A stretch of 64,000 nt of DNA from an uncultured virus (IMG/VR IMGVR_UViG_3300027974_001778) (IMGVR_UViG_3300027974_001778:62001-126000); one strand, 5' to 3'; counted from the stretch's first letter, positions 11,100 through 21,407 are shown. Translations and numbers: made by a program. Notes: generated by a model not told the origin, from the sequence alone.

Positions 11100-11127
11100 T
11101 TTGAAAAATTTTTTCTATATTTGTTAA

Positions 11128-11538
11128 ATGGAAAATAAAGTTGTGGGGTATGTCCCTCGTTTATTATTTAAAATATATCTGAATCTTAAAGATAAGTTTG
11201 ACCCAAGACCTAAAGTTACGGACGAAGAAATATTTGCTTCAGAAATCTGCAAAAAGTTAATCACTAATCCAACATCAGAGTTAACTATTTCCCCAATCTC
11301 ACACAAGAGAATTATTAAAAACGAAGAAAAAAATATGTATGTTGTAATGGAAGGTTATACTATCCATTTAATTAATCATGTGTACAGTTATAGTGTCTAT
11401 CTACAAGAAACATCTAAGTTTATAGAATTAACTCAAATATTTGATAAAGTTTTAGAAGACAGAAGAGAGGTACTTGAATCTGAAATTAGAAAAAACATCA
11501 AGCATTCATTGAGTAATATTTTGGATAAATTAAATTAA
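11128..11538 (+). CDS. hypothetical protein
   Basis: ORF 4 nt downstream of TATATTTG (11116-11123). Confidence 0.75.
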   Translation: MENKVVGYVPRLLFKIYLNLKDKFDPRPKVTDEEIFASEICKKLITNPTSELTISPISHKRIIKNEEKNMYVVMEGYTIHLINHVYSYSVYLQETSKFIELTQIFDKVLEDRREVLESEIRKNIKHSLSNILDKLN

Positions 11539-12224
11539 AAACTTTCTCTAAGAACTTTTCGGATAAGTTCGGTTAATCCTTCATTTTTTGGTTTGTAAGA
11601 AACCATCTTTGGTTTGTTACCAGTACCGACTTTTGAATGCGATTTTTCTGCGGTTCTTTTTTGTTGACATGCGGATTTTTTTTCTGAATCACTCATTTTA
11701 CTTGCAACACCCGCAGCTCGACATTTTGGATATCCTTTGTCACTTGCCTCAGGTCTACCACATGGTGGATGTCCACCACCTTCTTTTTTACGACAAATAT
11801 TTACCCAAGGACCTTTAGGTTGTGAACTTCCTTTTGGTTTTTTTTTTGTACCAAACCATACTGCCAAGTCTTCTTTAAGTGGACCTACGGCTTGTTTAAT
11901 AATTTTTTCAGGGGGTTCAACATCAGCAATATTACTACCATCTTCGTCATTTTGACCTGTATAGAAACTTTTAAGATAATCATCAATACGTGATAACTTA
12001 TCAGTTCTTTTTTCAATCTTGGCTCTTTCTTCAGGTGTTTCTTTAAAATCACCATCAGCTTCTTCATACGCCAATTCAGCATTATTATAATGATAAACAG
12101 GAATATTAAATGGACCTAATTGGTCTTCTTTCCAATTCTGTGGAGCTAATACTATTGGAATTTTAAAATGTCCTGCACTTCCTGAACCTGTTGCTTCTTT
12201 AATATGTTTCTTATTTAATCCCAT
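11535..12224 (-). CDS. hypothetical protein (WVNIC...PCGR...YPKCR domain)
   Basis: ATG at 12224 lies 7 nt after TATTTATA; basic Cys-containing C-terminal domain. Confidence 0.7.
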   Translation of the reverse strand: MGLNKKHIKEATGSGSAGHFKIPIVLAPQNWKEDQLGPFNIPVYHYNNAELAYEEADGDFKETPEERAKIEKRTDKLSRIDDYLKSFYTGQNDEDGSNIADVEPPEKIIKQAVGPLKEDLAVWFGTKKKPKGSSQPKGPWVNICRKKEGGGHPPCGRPEASDKGYPKCRAAGVASKMSDSEKKSACQQKRTAEKSHSKVGTGNKPKMVSYKPKNEGLTELIRKVLRESF

Positions 12225-12253
12225 GTGTATATATAAATAGTTTAACAAACAAA

Positions 12254-12281
12254 AAAAAAGGGTCTCACGGGACCCTTTTTC
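12254..12281. terminator. intrinsic terminator hairpin
   Basis: AAAAGGGTCTC-AC-GGGACCCTTTT flanked by A/T tracts. Confidence 0.7.
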
Positions 12282-12283
12282 AT

Positions 12284-13105
12284 TTATAACTTATTTCCAC
12301 AAGACGGACAGAACTTAAAGTTTGTTTTTGTCTTGGTTCCACACTCAGTACAATATTGTCTAATGTCTTCTGTGGTTTTGTTTTTTGTGCTTGATGGTTG
12401 AATCTTAAAATTAACTTCATGCGATGTATAATAATTAAATTCTTGATATGAATTGGTAAATGACTGATTTGATTCATTTCCTTTTTCGACTATACCCGTT
12501 TCAATTGACTTACTTTTCTTACTTCGGGGTTTACCGTTCAACAACGTTTTTGACGTATCAAATTTGCTTCTCAAATCAGAACTTGTAAAAGTTGCATTTG
12601 ATATATTATAAGTTGACGTAGTTGTTGAATACCCTACTCCTCCTGTAGTACTAATTGTAGTACCAAAATGTGGAATATAATCATTACTACGACTTCCATA
12701 TACTAAACCATTTCCATAGATAGTTCCTGATGATATTGCAAAATTATTCCTTGATGTTTGTTCATCATAGAACTCAATTCTAACATCTCCGTTTAAATCG
12801 ATTGCAGACCTGTTTTCTGACGTATCTTTAACTTCATAGGTACTGAACTCAAACTTGTTATTAGAGTCAAGGAAACGTTCTAAAAAGACCCTCTGACCTG
12901 GTTTCAATACAATACCACTTGTGGAAATGTATTCACCATTCAATTTGACCTTTACAAGGACTGATTTTTGTTTTGGATTATGAAGTTCGAATTCGAAATT
13001 GTCTTTATCTTTTAAAAAGACTATATGGCCGTTATAGACCTTTAGACGTGACTTTTTATTTGTGATGTGCGCAGTCGGTTTGCCCACTTGTGTTGCGTAA
13101 TTCAT
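12284..13105 (-). CDS. hypothetical protein with C-terminal double zinc ribbon
   Basis: YCTECG...KFCPSCGNKL. Confidence 0.8.
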   Translation of the reverse strand: MNYATQVGKPTAHITNKKSRLKVYNGHIVFLKDKDNFEFELHNPKQKSVLVKVKLNGEYISTSGIVLKPGQRVFLERFLDSNNKFEFSTYEVKDTSENRSAIDLNGDVRIEFYDEQTSRNNFAISSGTIYGNGLVYGSRSNDYIPHFGTTISTTGGVGYSTTTSTYNISNATFTSSDLRSKFDTSKTLLNGKPRSKKSKSIETGIVEKGNESNQSFTNSYQEFNYYTSHEVNFKIQPSSTKNKTTEDIRQYCTECGTKTKTNFKFCPSCGNKL

Positions 13106-13278
13106 GTTTTTAAATTTTACAATAGTTTAATGACTACGTTACCAATACCTTTGTGTCCGTGAATACTCAACAGCCATTACGACTGGGGACTGATAACTTA
13201 AAATCTATTAATAAATATAGTAAAAATTTTTTTGATGAAAATAAAAAATGTCTTATCTTTGTACAAAATACAAATAAT

Positions 13279-13503
13279 ATGACCAAAACAATTTATTTTA
13301 TAGGAGTAATATTTTTAATATGTTCTTGTTCGACAACAAAAGAATTTCAAATCCCTATGACAGAAAAAATGTATCAATCGACAAAAAAAAATTATTTAAA
13401 AAATTATACAAAAAACTTTGTTAATTCAATATCAAAAAATGACATTGAATTAATGACTAAGGACAGTATTGTCATACTTTACGATACAACTACTGTTCGT
13501 TAG
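13279..13503 (+). CDS. putative lipoprotein
   Basis: MTKTIYFIGVIFLICSC lipobox; TATCTTTG promoter at 13254-13261. Confidence 0.6.
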   Translation: MTKTIYFIGVIFLICSCSTTKEFQIPMTEKMYQSTKKNYLKNYTKNFVNSISKNDIELMTKDSIVILYDTTTVR

Positions 13504-15013
13504 TAGAAACTATTATAACATTTGATGGGTATTCTACTCCTTTCTCATTAAATGCTAAATCAACGTTATAACCATTAAAATTAGGTACTTCGCTTATCAT
13601 ACCTCTTTCTTCATATTTTTTTAATCTTCTTTCTGGAATATCCGAAGGTTGTATTTGAAAATTTATTTTGACGGTTTCGTTCCCTTTAAAACTATGTTTA
13701 TAAGGTTTGCTACCTCCAAAAGGATTGATGAAATACCCTAACACCATAGGAGATTTAATATTATAAGTTATAGTTAAAAATTGTTTATTTGATTGTATGT
13801 TTGAAATTATAAGTTTACTATTTTTTGGAAAGAAGGTAGTACCACCATTTGTGTTTGGTACAACTGTAAGTCCTTGGGTGTTAATTATTTCAGTTAATTT
13901 TTCATTATTTTGAGTATTAACTTGGTCCGATAATGATTGTATTTCTTCCGCACTAACATTATCATCTGTAGTTCCTTTTATTGGCATACCACACTTATCT
14001 AAAACTGCTAATATTTTTTGAGAAGTATTTCCTCTTGCAGATTGTGGGTTAACGCAATCGTGATATATTTCAGTACCAGTACCATTAACAATTCTAACCT
14101 CTTGAACTGACGTATGACAATTTGCACTTGAAATACATCTTGTTGAAAGTATTAGTGTTTTTTTGTTCCATTTTGGATTAGAAACAATTTTCTGAACCAT
14201 TTCATTTGTAACGGTAAATTGGGCAGTCCTATCACAATCATTAGGGTTATTGTCTTGCCCACATCCATAATTATTTAAATTTGCAATACCTAATAAAACA
14301 TTATCAATATAAAGTTCAAATTCGGCGTTATTACAGTTGTGTCCACCTCTGCATCGAAATTTTGCATCAGGTTTATTATAGTAACTCACATCTATTACTA
14401 AATTAACTAAGCAATCATAGATATCTTCTGTTTTAGTTGCAGATAAACTAATTTTAAATTTAACATATTGGTCTTCCAAATATTTCACATCTTTAGGGTC
14501 ATCTTTAAGTTTAACATAATCATATTTTTGAGTACCAAGCTCTACATTTGTTTGGGCTTTTGGTATATTTGGCATTGTAGTCAAATACCCTGATTCTACT
14601 AATCCTTGAAAATAATTGGTTAAATATTGTTGTAATTTTTCTCCTCTTAATTTTGCTAATTCTCCTTGTCCTAATGGTTTCTTTAATTCATTATCAAAAT
14701 TAGTTACCTTGGATTCTCCAACTTCAATTTGAATGTTAAGTTGGGTACCGTTATTTGCTTTTGCAAATTGTGCAATTTCTTGTAATTTTAAATCCAAATC
14801 TTTTTTACCCTCACCTAATTTTTCAATAGAATACAATCCAGATGGGTAAGACTTTTTATCCAACGAAATTTCCTTCCCTGTTGTAGTTGTCTTTTCACCA
14901 ACTTTAATTTTTTGTTGTTCGTTGATTAAATATAAATTTTTAGTTGCACTCTCATGCATCATTAATATTCTTTTAACTTCTTCTGTGTCAATATTCCAAC
15001 TTTGCTTAATCAT
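13490..15013 (-). CDS. hypothetical protein, Cys-containing, with RILMMHE..LINEQ leader
   Basis: 507-aa ORF directly downstream of the major capsid gene. Confidence 0.7.
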   Translation of the reverse strand: MIKQSWNIDTEEVKRILMMHESATKNLYLINEQQKIKVGEKTTTTGKEISLDKKSYPSGLYSIEKLGEGKKDLDLKLQEIAQFAKANNGTQLNIQIEVGESKVTNFDNELKKPLGQGELAKLRGEKLQQYLTNYFQGLVESGYLTTMPNIPKAQTNVELGTQKYDYVKLKDDPKDVKYLEDQYVKFKISLSATKTEDIYDCLVNLVIDVSYYNKPDAKFRCRGGHNCNNAEFELYIDNVLLGIANLNNYGCGQDNNPNDCDRTAQFTVTNEMVQKIVSNPKWNKKTLILSTRCISSANCHTSVQEVRIVNGTGTEIYHDCVNPQSARGNTSQKILAVLDKCGMPIKGTTDDNVSAEEIQSLSDQVNTQNNEKLTEIINTQGLTVVPNTNGGTTFFPKNSKLIISNIQSNKQFLTITYNIKSPMVLGYFINPFGGSKPYKHSFKGNETVKINFQIQPSDIPERRLKKYEERGMISEVPNFNGYNVDLAFNEKGVEYPSNVIIVSTNEQ

Positions 15014-15035
15014 ATTAATAAATATCGTAAAATAA

Positions 15036-15064
15036 AAAAAGGGTCCCCATTGGGAACCCTTTTT
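15036..15064 (-). terminator. intrinsic terminator after major capsid gene
   Basis: AAAAAGGGTCCCCATTGGGAACCCTTTTT hairpin. Confidence 0.75.
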
Positions 15065-15084
15065 AGTATAATATAAGATAATGA

Positions 15085-16893
15085 TTATCTTAATTCTCTC
15101 AAGTCAAATGTTCTTACACCATCAACTGTGATTCTACCGTAGAAACGGTTGTTCACCATTTTCTTAGCGTATCTAGTCATGATACCTTTGATTGGAGTGA
15201 AGTTGAATGGATTGTACATTGTTGGAGTTAATTGTAGAGGTACGTACGGTGCGTAGATGTAACCTGTATCTAACAAAGAAGTTCCTTTGTGACCCATTAA
15301 CACTTGGTTAGGTGGGAAGTAAGGGTCTCTGTAAACTTGGTAACGACCAGCTAAAGTACCAACTCTTTCAATACCCATGTTGTATTGGTCTTGCTCAGGA
15401 GCTGCGTTTGAAACGTGGAAATACTCCAAGTCATCAAAGATTGCACTGATTTCAGAAGAAACAACAATCCAGTTTGCTCCACCTCTTAATGTAGATTTGT
15501 GGATTTGAGCTGAAATTTGGTTGATTGCTGTGATTAAAGTTTGGTTCCAATCTTTTTGAGTGTATGGAACTGCACTTGAACCCAGTCTCTTCCAACCATT
15601 GTAATCCCATCTTAAGTTCCAAGCTGCACCTTTTCTCAAATCTCTTAAGATTTCTCTATCGATTTCCGCTGCAACTTGCTCAGATAATAATGCTGTTAAT
15701 TCAGCTTCAGCGTCAATGTTGTGGAATGCCGCAACGTCTTGAGCCATTTCAGGAGACCATTGTGCTCTTAATTTTCTTTCAGTTACAGAAACTGTTACTG
15801 ACATTAAGTCAAATGAAACCTCACCAATTCTATCTTCGAATTCCAAGTTCTTATAGATTCTATATGTTGCAGAGAATGCTTGAGAGTTAGTTGCGATTGT
15901 AGACGCAAATGTAGAACCTGTGTAACCGTCCATTGAACCACCACAAGTGATACATACTGGTACCTGTAAATCAACTTCTAAATAGATTTTTCCTTCAGCA
16001 TCACATAAGTTGTCATATTGACCACCATCAGTTTTACTGTTAGGGAATACTAACGTAGCGTTGTTGTTACCGTACTGTACAATACCTTTACCATATCTTT
16101 GAGTTACAACTCTGAATAAATAAGGGTTAGTTGTGTTAGCAGAAGTTGTTGCGTTTCCAGCAACACCATAGATAGTCAAATCAGATAAGAAAGCTTCATT
16201 ATCCATTGGTTGACCATCAGGACCGATTAATTTACCAGCTCCATCAGATGCGAAACCTGACATAACTATTAATACTTTTCTATAATCAGAAAGAGTATAT
16301 GCAGAAGGAACTAATTGGTCAGCTAACCATGAAACTGTTGTTACGTTTGCAGTGATTGCAGAATATTGTCCTTTAGAATAGTCAAATAAACCTGGTGGGT
16401 CTAATGCTGGTTCGTTACCTTCGTAGAATCTATCGTAAAGGTCTTTAGTGTTGTTATAGTCATAACCACTGTTTGGAGTTTGGTCCGCAGCTGCGTTTGG
16501 TGAACCATAAGGAGGGTAGTGAATACCTGTGTTCGCCAAGTTTGCAGGGTCAGTGTACGCCTGAATGTTAGGTACGAAGTAGAATAATTTACCAATTGGT
16601 AAGTTCATTGCTTGTACTGAAACGATGTCGTTTGCTAATAATTTAGAGAATACACGTCTAACAATTGGGAAAACCACAGTTTCAAATGCACCTGTATCAG
16701 ATGTAGATGATGCTTCATTAATTAAAAATGATGCTTGGTTTTCGTATAATTGAGCTACGTTTTCTCTCATGTGACCTTTAAGACCTTCTAAAAAGCCTAA
16801 TTTGTCCCATTTGTTGATTGTATCTTCTTTGATAACTTTAAGGTGCTTAAGACCGATGTTACCAACAAGACCTGATTCTAATAATGCTCCCAT
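15085..16893 (-). CDS. major capsid protein (T4 gp23-like)
   Basis: PIVRRVF..LLANDIVSVQAM, RKLRAQWSPEMAQD, DAEAEL..LSEQVAAEIDREI, GYIYAPYVPL, PIKGIMTRY. Confidence 0.97.
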   Translation of the reverse strand: MGALLESGLVGNIGLKHLKVIKEDTINKWDKLGFLEGLKGHMRENVAQLYENQASFLINEASSTSDTGAFETVVFPIVRRVFSKLLANDIVSVQAMNLPIGKLFYFVPNIQAYTDPANLANTGIHYPPYGSPNAAADQTPNSGYDYNNTKDLYDRFYEGNEPALDPPGLFDYSKGQYSAITANVTTVSWLADQLVPSAYTLSDYRKVLIVMSGFASDGAGKLIGPDGQPMDNEAFLSDLTIYGVAGNATTSANTTNPYLFRVVTQRYGKGIVQYGNNNATLVFPNSKTDGGQYDNLCDAEGKIYLEVDLQVPVCITCGGSMDGYTGSTFASTIATNSQAFSATYRIYKNLEFEDRIGEVSFDLMSVTVSVTERKLRAQWSPEMAQDVAAFHNIDAEAELTALLSEQVAAEIDREILRDLRKGAAWNLRWDYNGWKRLGSSAVPYTQKDWNQTLITAINQISAQIHKSTLRGGANWIVVSSEISAIFDDLEYFHVSNAAPEQDQYNMGIERVGTLAGRYQVYRDPYFPPNQVLMGHKGTSLLDTGYIYAPYVPLQLTPTMYNPFNFTPIKGIMTRYAKKMVNNRFYGRITVDGVRTFDLRELR

Positions 16894-16930
16894 TTTAAAA
16901 TATTTGTTTTTGTTTTATTTATTTTATTTT

Positions 16931-18547
16931 TTACCCTAACTTACTCATCAAATCCTTCATTCTCATGAATTGAGGATTCTCATAAGTTTTTGATTCAATT
17001 AAGGTAGTTGATGAACCTGAAGTAACTTGTTTAGTTAATTTCGTTTCAACTGATTCATTCATTGATTTAGTTTCACCTTTAGATAATTCACCTTTGATTG
17101 ACTGATAAAGATTTTTAGATTCTTTTAAAGTTTCAACATCGTCAAATCTTCTTAAGATATTAATTTTCTCTTTCTTAGTAGTCGAATGTTCAGTGAACAA
17201 TCTTGTAGCATATGCCAAGTTTGAGTTGAAGATAGCAACTTCGTTAAGTTTTTCTCTGAAAACATTTAACGCTTTTCTATACTCTTCATTCTTTTCTCTC
17301 AACATATTAACTTCTTCTTGAGTAGATTCTACTTTAACACCACCTTTACCATAAACATAGTTTCTGTTATTTGTGATGCCTTTTCTTAGACCTCTACCTT
17401 CTTTGGAACCCATTCCATAAGTTCTAGCAGCTTCTTTAGTTTCTTCCTTTTCGAAAGCTTTTCTTTTTAACGTGTCACCTTTTTTAATAGTGTAATCTTT
17501 ATCACCTTTAAAAGTTTTAGATTTATCACCCTTATTCATTCCGTAATCACCTTCTTTTGTTTCTGCCTTTACAACTTTGGATTTTCCTTCCATATTTGCT
17601 CCTTTTTTGTATTGGAATTTACTAGCTTTACCAGTACCCACTGATTTAGGACCTTCTTTTTTGTCCTCTTTAAATCCACCTACAGATTTTGTATTGTAAG
17701 TAAATTTAGGGCCTGAGCCAATTCCAACACCTTTAGGTTTTACTGTAGACTTTCCTTCTCTAACAGTTCTTCTTTGGTTGTAAGATTCGTCCAAATCTTC
17801 TTCGTCTTCGTCTTCTTGTTCATCAAGTTCTTCGTCTTCATCATCTGATTCCATCATGTCTTCATCATCTGATTCCATCATGTCTTCATCATCTGATTCC
17901 ATCATGTCATCGTCATCTGAGTCTTCGTCGTCTTGTTCTTCGAATTCGATTTCGTACATAACTTCGTCTTCATCTTCTTGGTCTACTTCGATATCTGAAG
18001 CGTCACCGTCTTTTGAAAAAATTGCGTTAATCACATCTTCTGTGTCAACGTCCATTTCATCGATTTCATCTAAATTCATAGTGTCATCATAATTTGTGTC
18101 TTCTTCAGATTCACCAAGCTTAACAAGATATTCTTGGTCAGCGTTACTGTCAGTTAAGTGAATATCGTCACCATCTTTTTTAACGATGATTCCGTCTTCT
18201 TCACCCATTGCTTTAAACACCTTAAGAATTTCTTCATCAGAAGCGTCAGTTAAATCTATTGGACTTTCTTCAGAGTCCATGTCCATGTCTAAATCTAAGT
18301 CCATGTCCATATCATCCGCATTATCAGCATCCATATCAACGTCCACATCTTCTGTGTCGTCATCCATGTCTACATCTACGTCAACCTCTTCTTCATCATC
18401 TTGTTCTGATAGAGATTCTTTTACTAATTGATTGATTTCTTCCTTCATAGTTGAAGCAAGTATTCCCTTTGCGTTTTCGGCAATAGCCTCTTCAACGTTT
18501 TTCATTTGAATGAGTGCCTCTTGTACTAAATTTTTATTTTCTTGCAT
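16931..18547 (-). CDS. prohead core scaffolding protein (gp22-like)
   Basis: Lies between protease and capsid genes; very acidic central region, coiled-coil C-terminus. Confidence 0.8.
   Translation of the reverse strand: MQENKNLVQEALIQMKNVEEAIAENAKGILASTMKEEINQLVKESLSEQDDEEEVDVDVDMDDDTEDVDVDMDADNADDMDMDLDLDMDMDSEESPIDLTDASDEEILKVFKAMGEEDGIIVKKDGDDIHLTDSNADQEYLVKLGESEEDTNYDDTMNLDEIDEMDVDTEDVINAIFSKDGDASDIEVDQEDEDEVMYEIEFEEQDDEDSDDDDMMESDDEDMMESDDEDMMESDDEDEELDEQEDEDEEDLDESYNQRRTVREGKSTVKPKGVGIGSGPKFTYNTKSVGGFKEDKKEGPKSVGTGKASKFQYKKGANMEGKSKVVKAETKEGDYGMNKGDKSKTFKGDKDYTIKKGDTLKRKAFEKEETKEAARTYGMGSKEGRGLRKGITNNRNYVYGKGGVKVESTQEEVNMLREKNEEYRKALNVFREKLNEVAIFNSNLAYATRLFTEHSTTKKEKINILRRFDDVETLKESKNLYQSIKGELSKGETKSMNESVETKLTKQVTSGSSTTLIESKTYENPQFMRMKDLMSKLG
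17837..17913 (-). repeat. 24-nt tandem repeat x3 encoding DMMESDDE
   Basis: TCATCATCTGATTCCATCATGTCT repeated inside the scaffold gene. Confidence 0.9.
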
Positions 18548-18605
18548 GAAAAAATTGGTTATTTTAACTAATAAATAGTATCAAAATGAAAAAAATTCAT
18601 TTTGG

Positions 18606-18929
18606 CTATACTGTTACGTAAAGTTTATTTGAAAATTGAAGGGTAGTAAGTTCAACATCTACTTGATTATCAAGCCAAGCATTGAATGATGAGTAGGTTG
18701 AAGCCCAAACCATACTGGTTGAAATAGCACTACCGTTTTTTAAAGTTACTTGATAACAGCCAGTAGCCCCACTGTCAACAATCACCATATTTATAGAGTC
18801 TATTTCATTAATTGAATTTATTGAAGAGCCTACTCCTTCGCAATATGCTAAACATGTTGACCAAGAGTTAGCAATAACAATTCTTAGTTCCTGTGAATAT
18901 GCGTCACCTAATGATACTTGAAAATTCAT
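18606..18929 (-). CDS. hypothetical protein
   Basis: ORF with upstream TATTTATA (18941-18948). Confidence 0.7.
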   Translation of the reverse strand: MNFQVSLGDAYSQELRIVIANSWSTCLAYCEGVGSSINSINEIDSINMVIVDSGATGCYQVTLKNGSAISTSMVWASTYSSFNAWLDNQVDVELTTLQFSNKLYVTV

Positions 18930-18960
18930 AATTTTTTATTTATAAATATCTACCAAATAA

Positions 18961-18987
18961 AAAAAGTGGTCTTATGGACCACTTTTA
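18961..18987. terminator. intrinsic terminator hairpin
   Basis: AAAAAGTGGTC-TTATG-GACCACTTTTT. Confidence 0.75.
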
Positions 18988-19005
18988 TAATTTTAAATAA
19001 ATAAA

Positions 19006-19218
19006 TTAGTTTTCAATAACTTCATCAATCTTACTTTCAGAAACTGATGTGATTCGCCAATCATGGGTAAATCCTTCATATTTCTTTGTAACTTTCGCCT
19101 CAACGTCCGTTACTGAGTAACCTTTAACTAATTTTTCTTCTCTAATTTTTTTAATCTTTCCTGAATTCTCATCAGGTAAATCGTACTGAATTTTTGCTAC
19201 AAAATATTTTTCTTCCAT
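19006..19218 (-). CDS. DUF4494-like protein (Bacteroidota family)
   Basis: YFVAKIQY...GKIKKIREEKLV.GYSVTDVEAKV...ITSVSESKI.EV pattern. Confidence 0.7.
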   Translation of the reverse strand: MEEKYFVAKIQYDLPDENSGKIKKIREEKLVKGYSVTDVEAKVTKKYEGFTHDWRITSVSESKIDEVIEN

Positions 19219-19224
19219 GTTTTA

Positions 19225-19941
19225 TTATTTTCCTAAAAAATCGTTTAATTTCTTCATTAAGTCAACTGACTTTTCAACATATCCATTAGTTTGTTTATGT
19301 TTTTTTTCTTCATCTAAATTTTCTTCATACTTTGTTCTATCTTCAGGGTTTGAAAATAAATAAGCTCCTGGCGTTGATGGTGAAGAAACTAAGTCAAAAC
19401 ATATTAATTCAAAATCATCTTGAACCTCATTTCTTTCCCCAACTTTTTTAAGAGAACCAACACCTCTTGAAGAAACTCCCATAGTAACACCTTGTCTCAT
19501 TAAGTTTGCCGCTTGGTCACCTTTAGTTGATACGATTCCTCTTTCATGGAACCCTGGCGAAGTTAATAATTTAAGTTTACCCATTAAAATATTTCCCTCC
19601 CACCAAATTTCTGTAATTAAATGAGCAACTCTATCTAAGTCAATTAAAGAAGATTCAGGGTGATTTAACTCTGAAGTTGATAATCCTTTTTCAATTGCTT
19701 TTTTATAATTCTCGGCTTCTCTTTTAAGAATTCTTTCAGGATATGTTCTACCGTTTCTATTTGGTGTATCGTATTTTTGTAAGACAGCATAAAATTCAAA
19801 TGGATTTCTATAATCCATTTCTTTAGCTTCTCTTAGAACCTTTTCATTACGAGCATCTTTAGGTGATACAAAACCTGCGTCAGCCTCGACTAAAATACCG
19901 TGACCAAATTCGCTAGCTTCTAATATTCTTAAATTTTTCAT
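19225..19941 (-). CDS. prohead core protease (T4 gp21-like)
   Basis: NRNGRTYP, ELNHP, GVSSRGVGS, FDLVSSPSTPGA. Confidence 0.95.
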   Translation of the reverse strand: MKNLRILEASEFGHGILVEADAGFVSPKDARNEKVLREAKEMDYRNPFEFYAVLQKYDTPNRNGRTYPERILKREAENYKKAIEKGLSTSELNHPESSLIDLDRVAHLITEIWWEGNILMGKLKLLTSPGFHERGIVSTKGDQAANLMRQGVTMGVSSRGVGSLKKVGERNEVQDDFELICFDLVSSPSTPGAYLFSNPEDRTKYEENLDEEKKHKQTNGYVEKSVDLMKKLNDFLGK

Positions 19942-19977
19942 CTAATCTTTTATGATAAATATACCGTTATTAATAGT

Positions 19978-20418
19978 TTATTGGTCATCAGTCTTTTTTG
20001 AAGTTGAAAATTCAAAGTATTTGTTCGGTTGAATGTTATTTCTAAATATTGATTTAACGATACCTTTAACTGAATCTTTAATTTCTAATGATTTAAAATC
20101 TAATTCAGAATTGGTGTATAGGTTAATCTCTAAGTTAAAAAATGATTTTTTTCCGTGTGAGATTCCACTTGTTCTAAGGTCTAAATCAACAATACTTTTT
20201 TCTTGAAAAAGTTTAGTGTTTATTGATTCAAAAACAGAATGTTTTATTTCTCTACCTAAGTTAGAAACTATTCTGTTCCAGTTATCATATTCTTTTTTTG
20301 GAGTCACCCATGATTGGATGTTGATGTATACTGATTTTAAATTTTTTGAATCTACAGTACCATACACGGATTTAATTGGATTGTATAAATTTAACTTTAC
20401 ACTCTTTCCTTTTTTCAT
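19978..20418 (-). CDS. hypothetical protein
   Basis: ORF in head module. Confidence 0.75.
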   Translation of the reverse strand: MKKGKSVKLNLYNPIKSVYGTVDSKNLKSVYINIQSWVTPKKEYDNWNRIVSNLGREIKHSVFESINTKLFQEKSIVDLDLRTSGISHGKKSFFNLEINLYTNSELDFKSLEIKDSVKGIVKSIFRNNIQPNKYFEFSTSKKTDDQ

Positions 20419-20517
20419 TAATTTTCATGATTATATATGTTTATGTTCTGTACAAGAATAAGTCATATAAAACCAATAGTCAAAAATTTTCTCAAACTAC
20501 AAGATATTTTATAATAT

Positions 20518-20703
20518 ATGATAATCATAAACATTAAAAATGGGGACAATTTAGAGAGAGCTCTAAAAACATTAAAGTCTAAGGTAATAAAGACTAAACA
20601 AAACCAAAAATTAAACGAGAGAAAAGAGTATACAAAAAAATCTGTGGTCAGAAGAGCACAGATTTTAAAGGCAAAATATATTCAAAGTAAAAATAATAAT
20701 TAA
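20518..20703 (+). CDS. rpsU: 30S ribosomal protein bS21 (Bacteroidota type)
   Basis: IKNGDNLERALK.LK.K....R.EY.KKSV.RR....KA.Y; 61 aa, basic. Confidence 0.9.
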   Translation: MIIINIKNGDNLERALKTLKSKVIKTKQNQKLNERKEYTKKSVVRRAQILKAKYIQSKNNN

Positions 20704-21407
20704 ATTGATTCCTCAAGATTTTTTAATCTTAAAAAATTCATTTGGTCAAATTTTTCGTCTTTTAATTTAGTAATAGTTTCGGAGATTCTTGATTTAATTT
20801 CTGATTCATTTTCATTATTCATAATAGTTTCCAATTTATTAATTGCACTTTCACGAATAACTTCAAATTTCTCCTCAAGAATTTTTGTGTCCTCAGAGAC
20901 AATTTGAATAAATTCTTTTTTAGAATTCTCATCTAAAGTATCAAGATAATTTCTCAATGTTTGGTTTGCAATATTCACCATTGATTTAACAGGAATATTT
21001 ATAGATTCTTTAACGTTTTGAGGCTTTGATGTAAGAATTGAAACAATATTTTTCTTAGATTTAATTCTTTCTGATAAACTCATTTTTTGAGTGTAAACTA
21101 ACGTATCAATATCGGTATAACCATTTTTAACTGATTCAGATACTGTTCTTGGTAATTTTATACTTGGTAAAACTCTTTGTAACAACGATATACCTTCTTC
21201 TAAGAATTCTTTAGCGTCATCATCATTTAACCCTTGAGGAGTACTCAATTGGTCATATAAAGTATACGCCTTTGACATAGATTTATTGTTCAATACATTG
21301 TGTTTGAACTCTCTCAATGTCTTCTTGAATTCCTTTTCATTCTTGTAGGATTCTAGTAGATTATTCTCAATTATGGATTTTATGGTTCCGAAGGTCATTT
21401 TGCTCAT
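20700..21407 (-). CDS. hypothetical head-module protein
   Basis: ATG at 21407 is 5 nt after TATTTATT; follows the portal gene. Confidence 0.75.
   Translation of the reverse strand: MSKMTFGTIKSIIENNLLESYKNEKEFKKTLREFKHNVLNNKSMSKAYTLYDQLSTPQGLNDDDAKEFLEEGISLLQRVLPSIKLPRTVSESVKNGYTDIDTLVYTQKMSLSERIKSKKNIVSILTSKPQNVKESINIPVKSMVNIANQTLRNYLDTLDENSKKEFIQIVSEDTKILEEKFEVIRESAINKLETIMNNENESEIKSRISETITKLKDEKFDQMNFLRLKNLEESI

Noticed and set aside
13130..13160. c-di-GMP-I riboswitch suggested by GGACACAAAG
   Set aside because: Upstream GGCAAAC/GNRA arm and the second stem are missing
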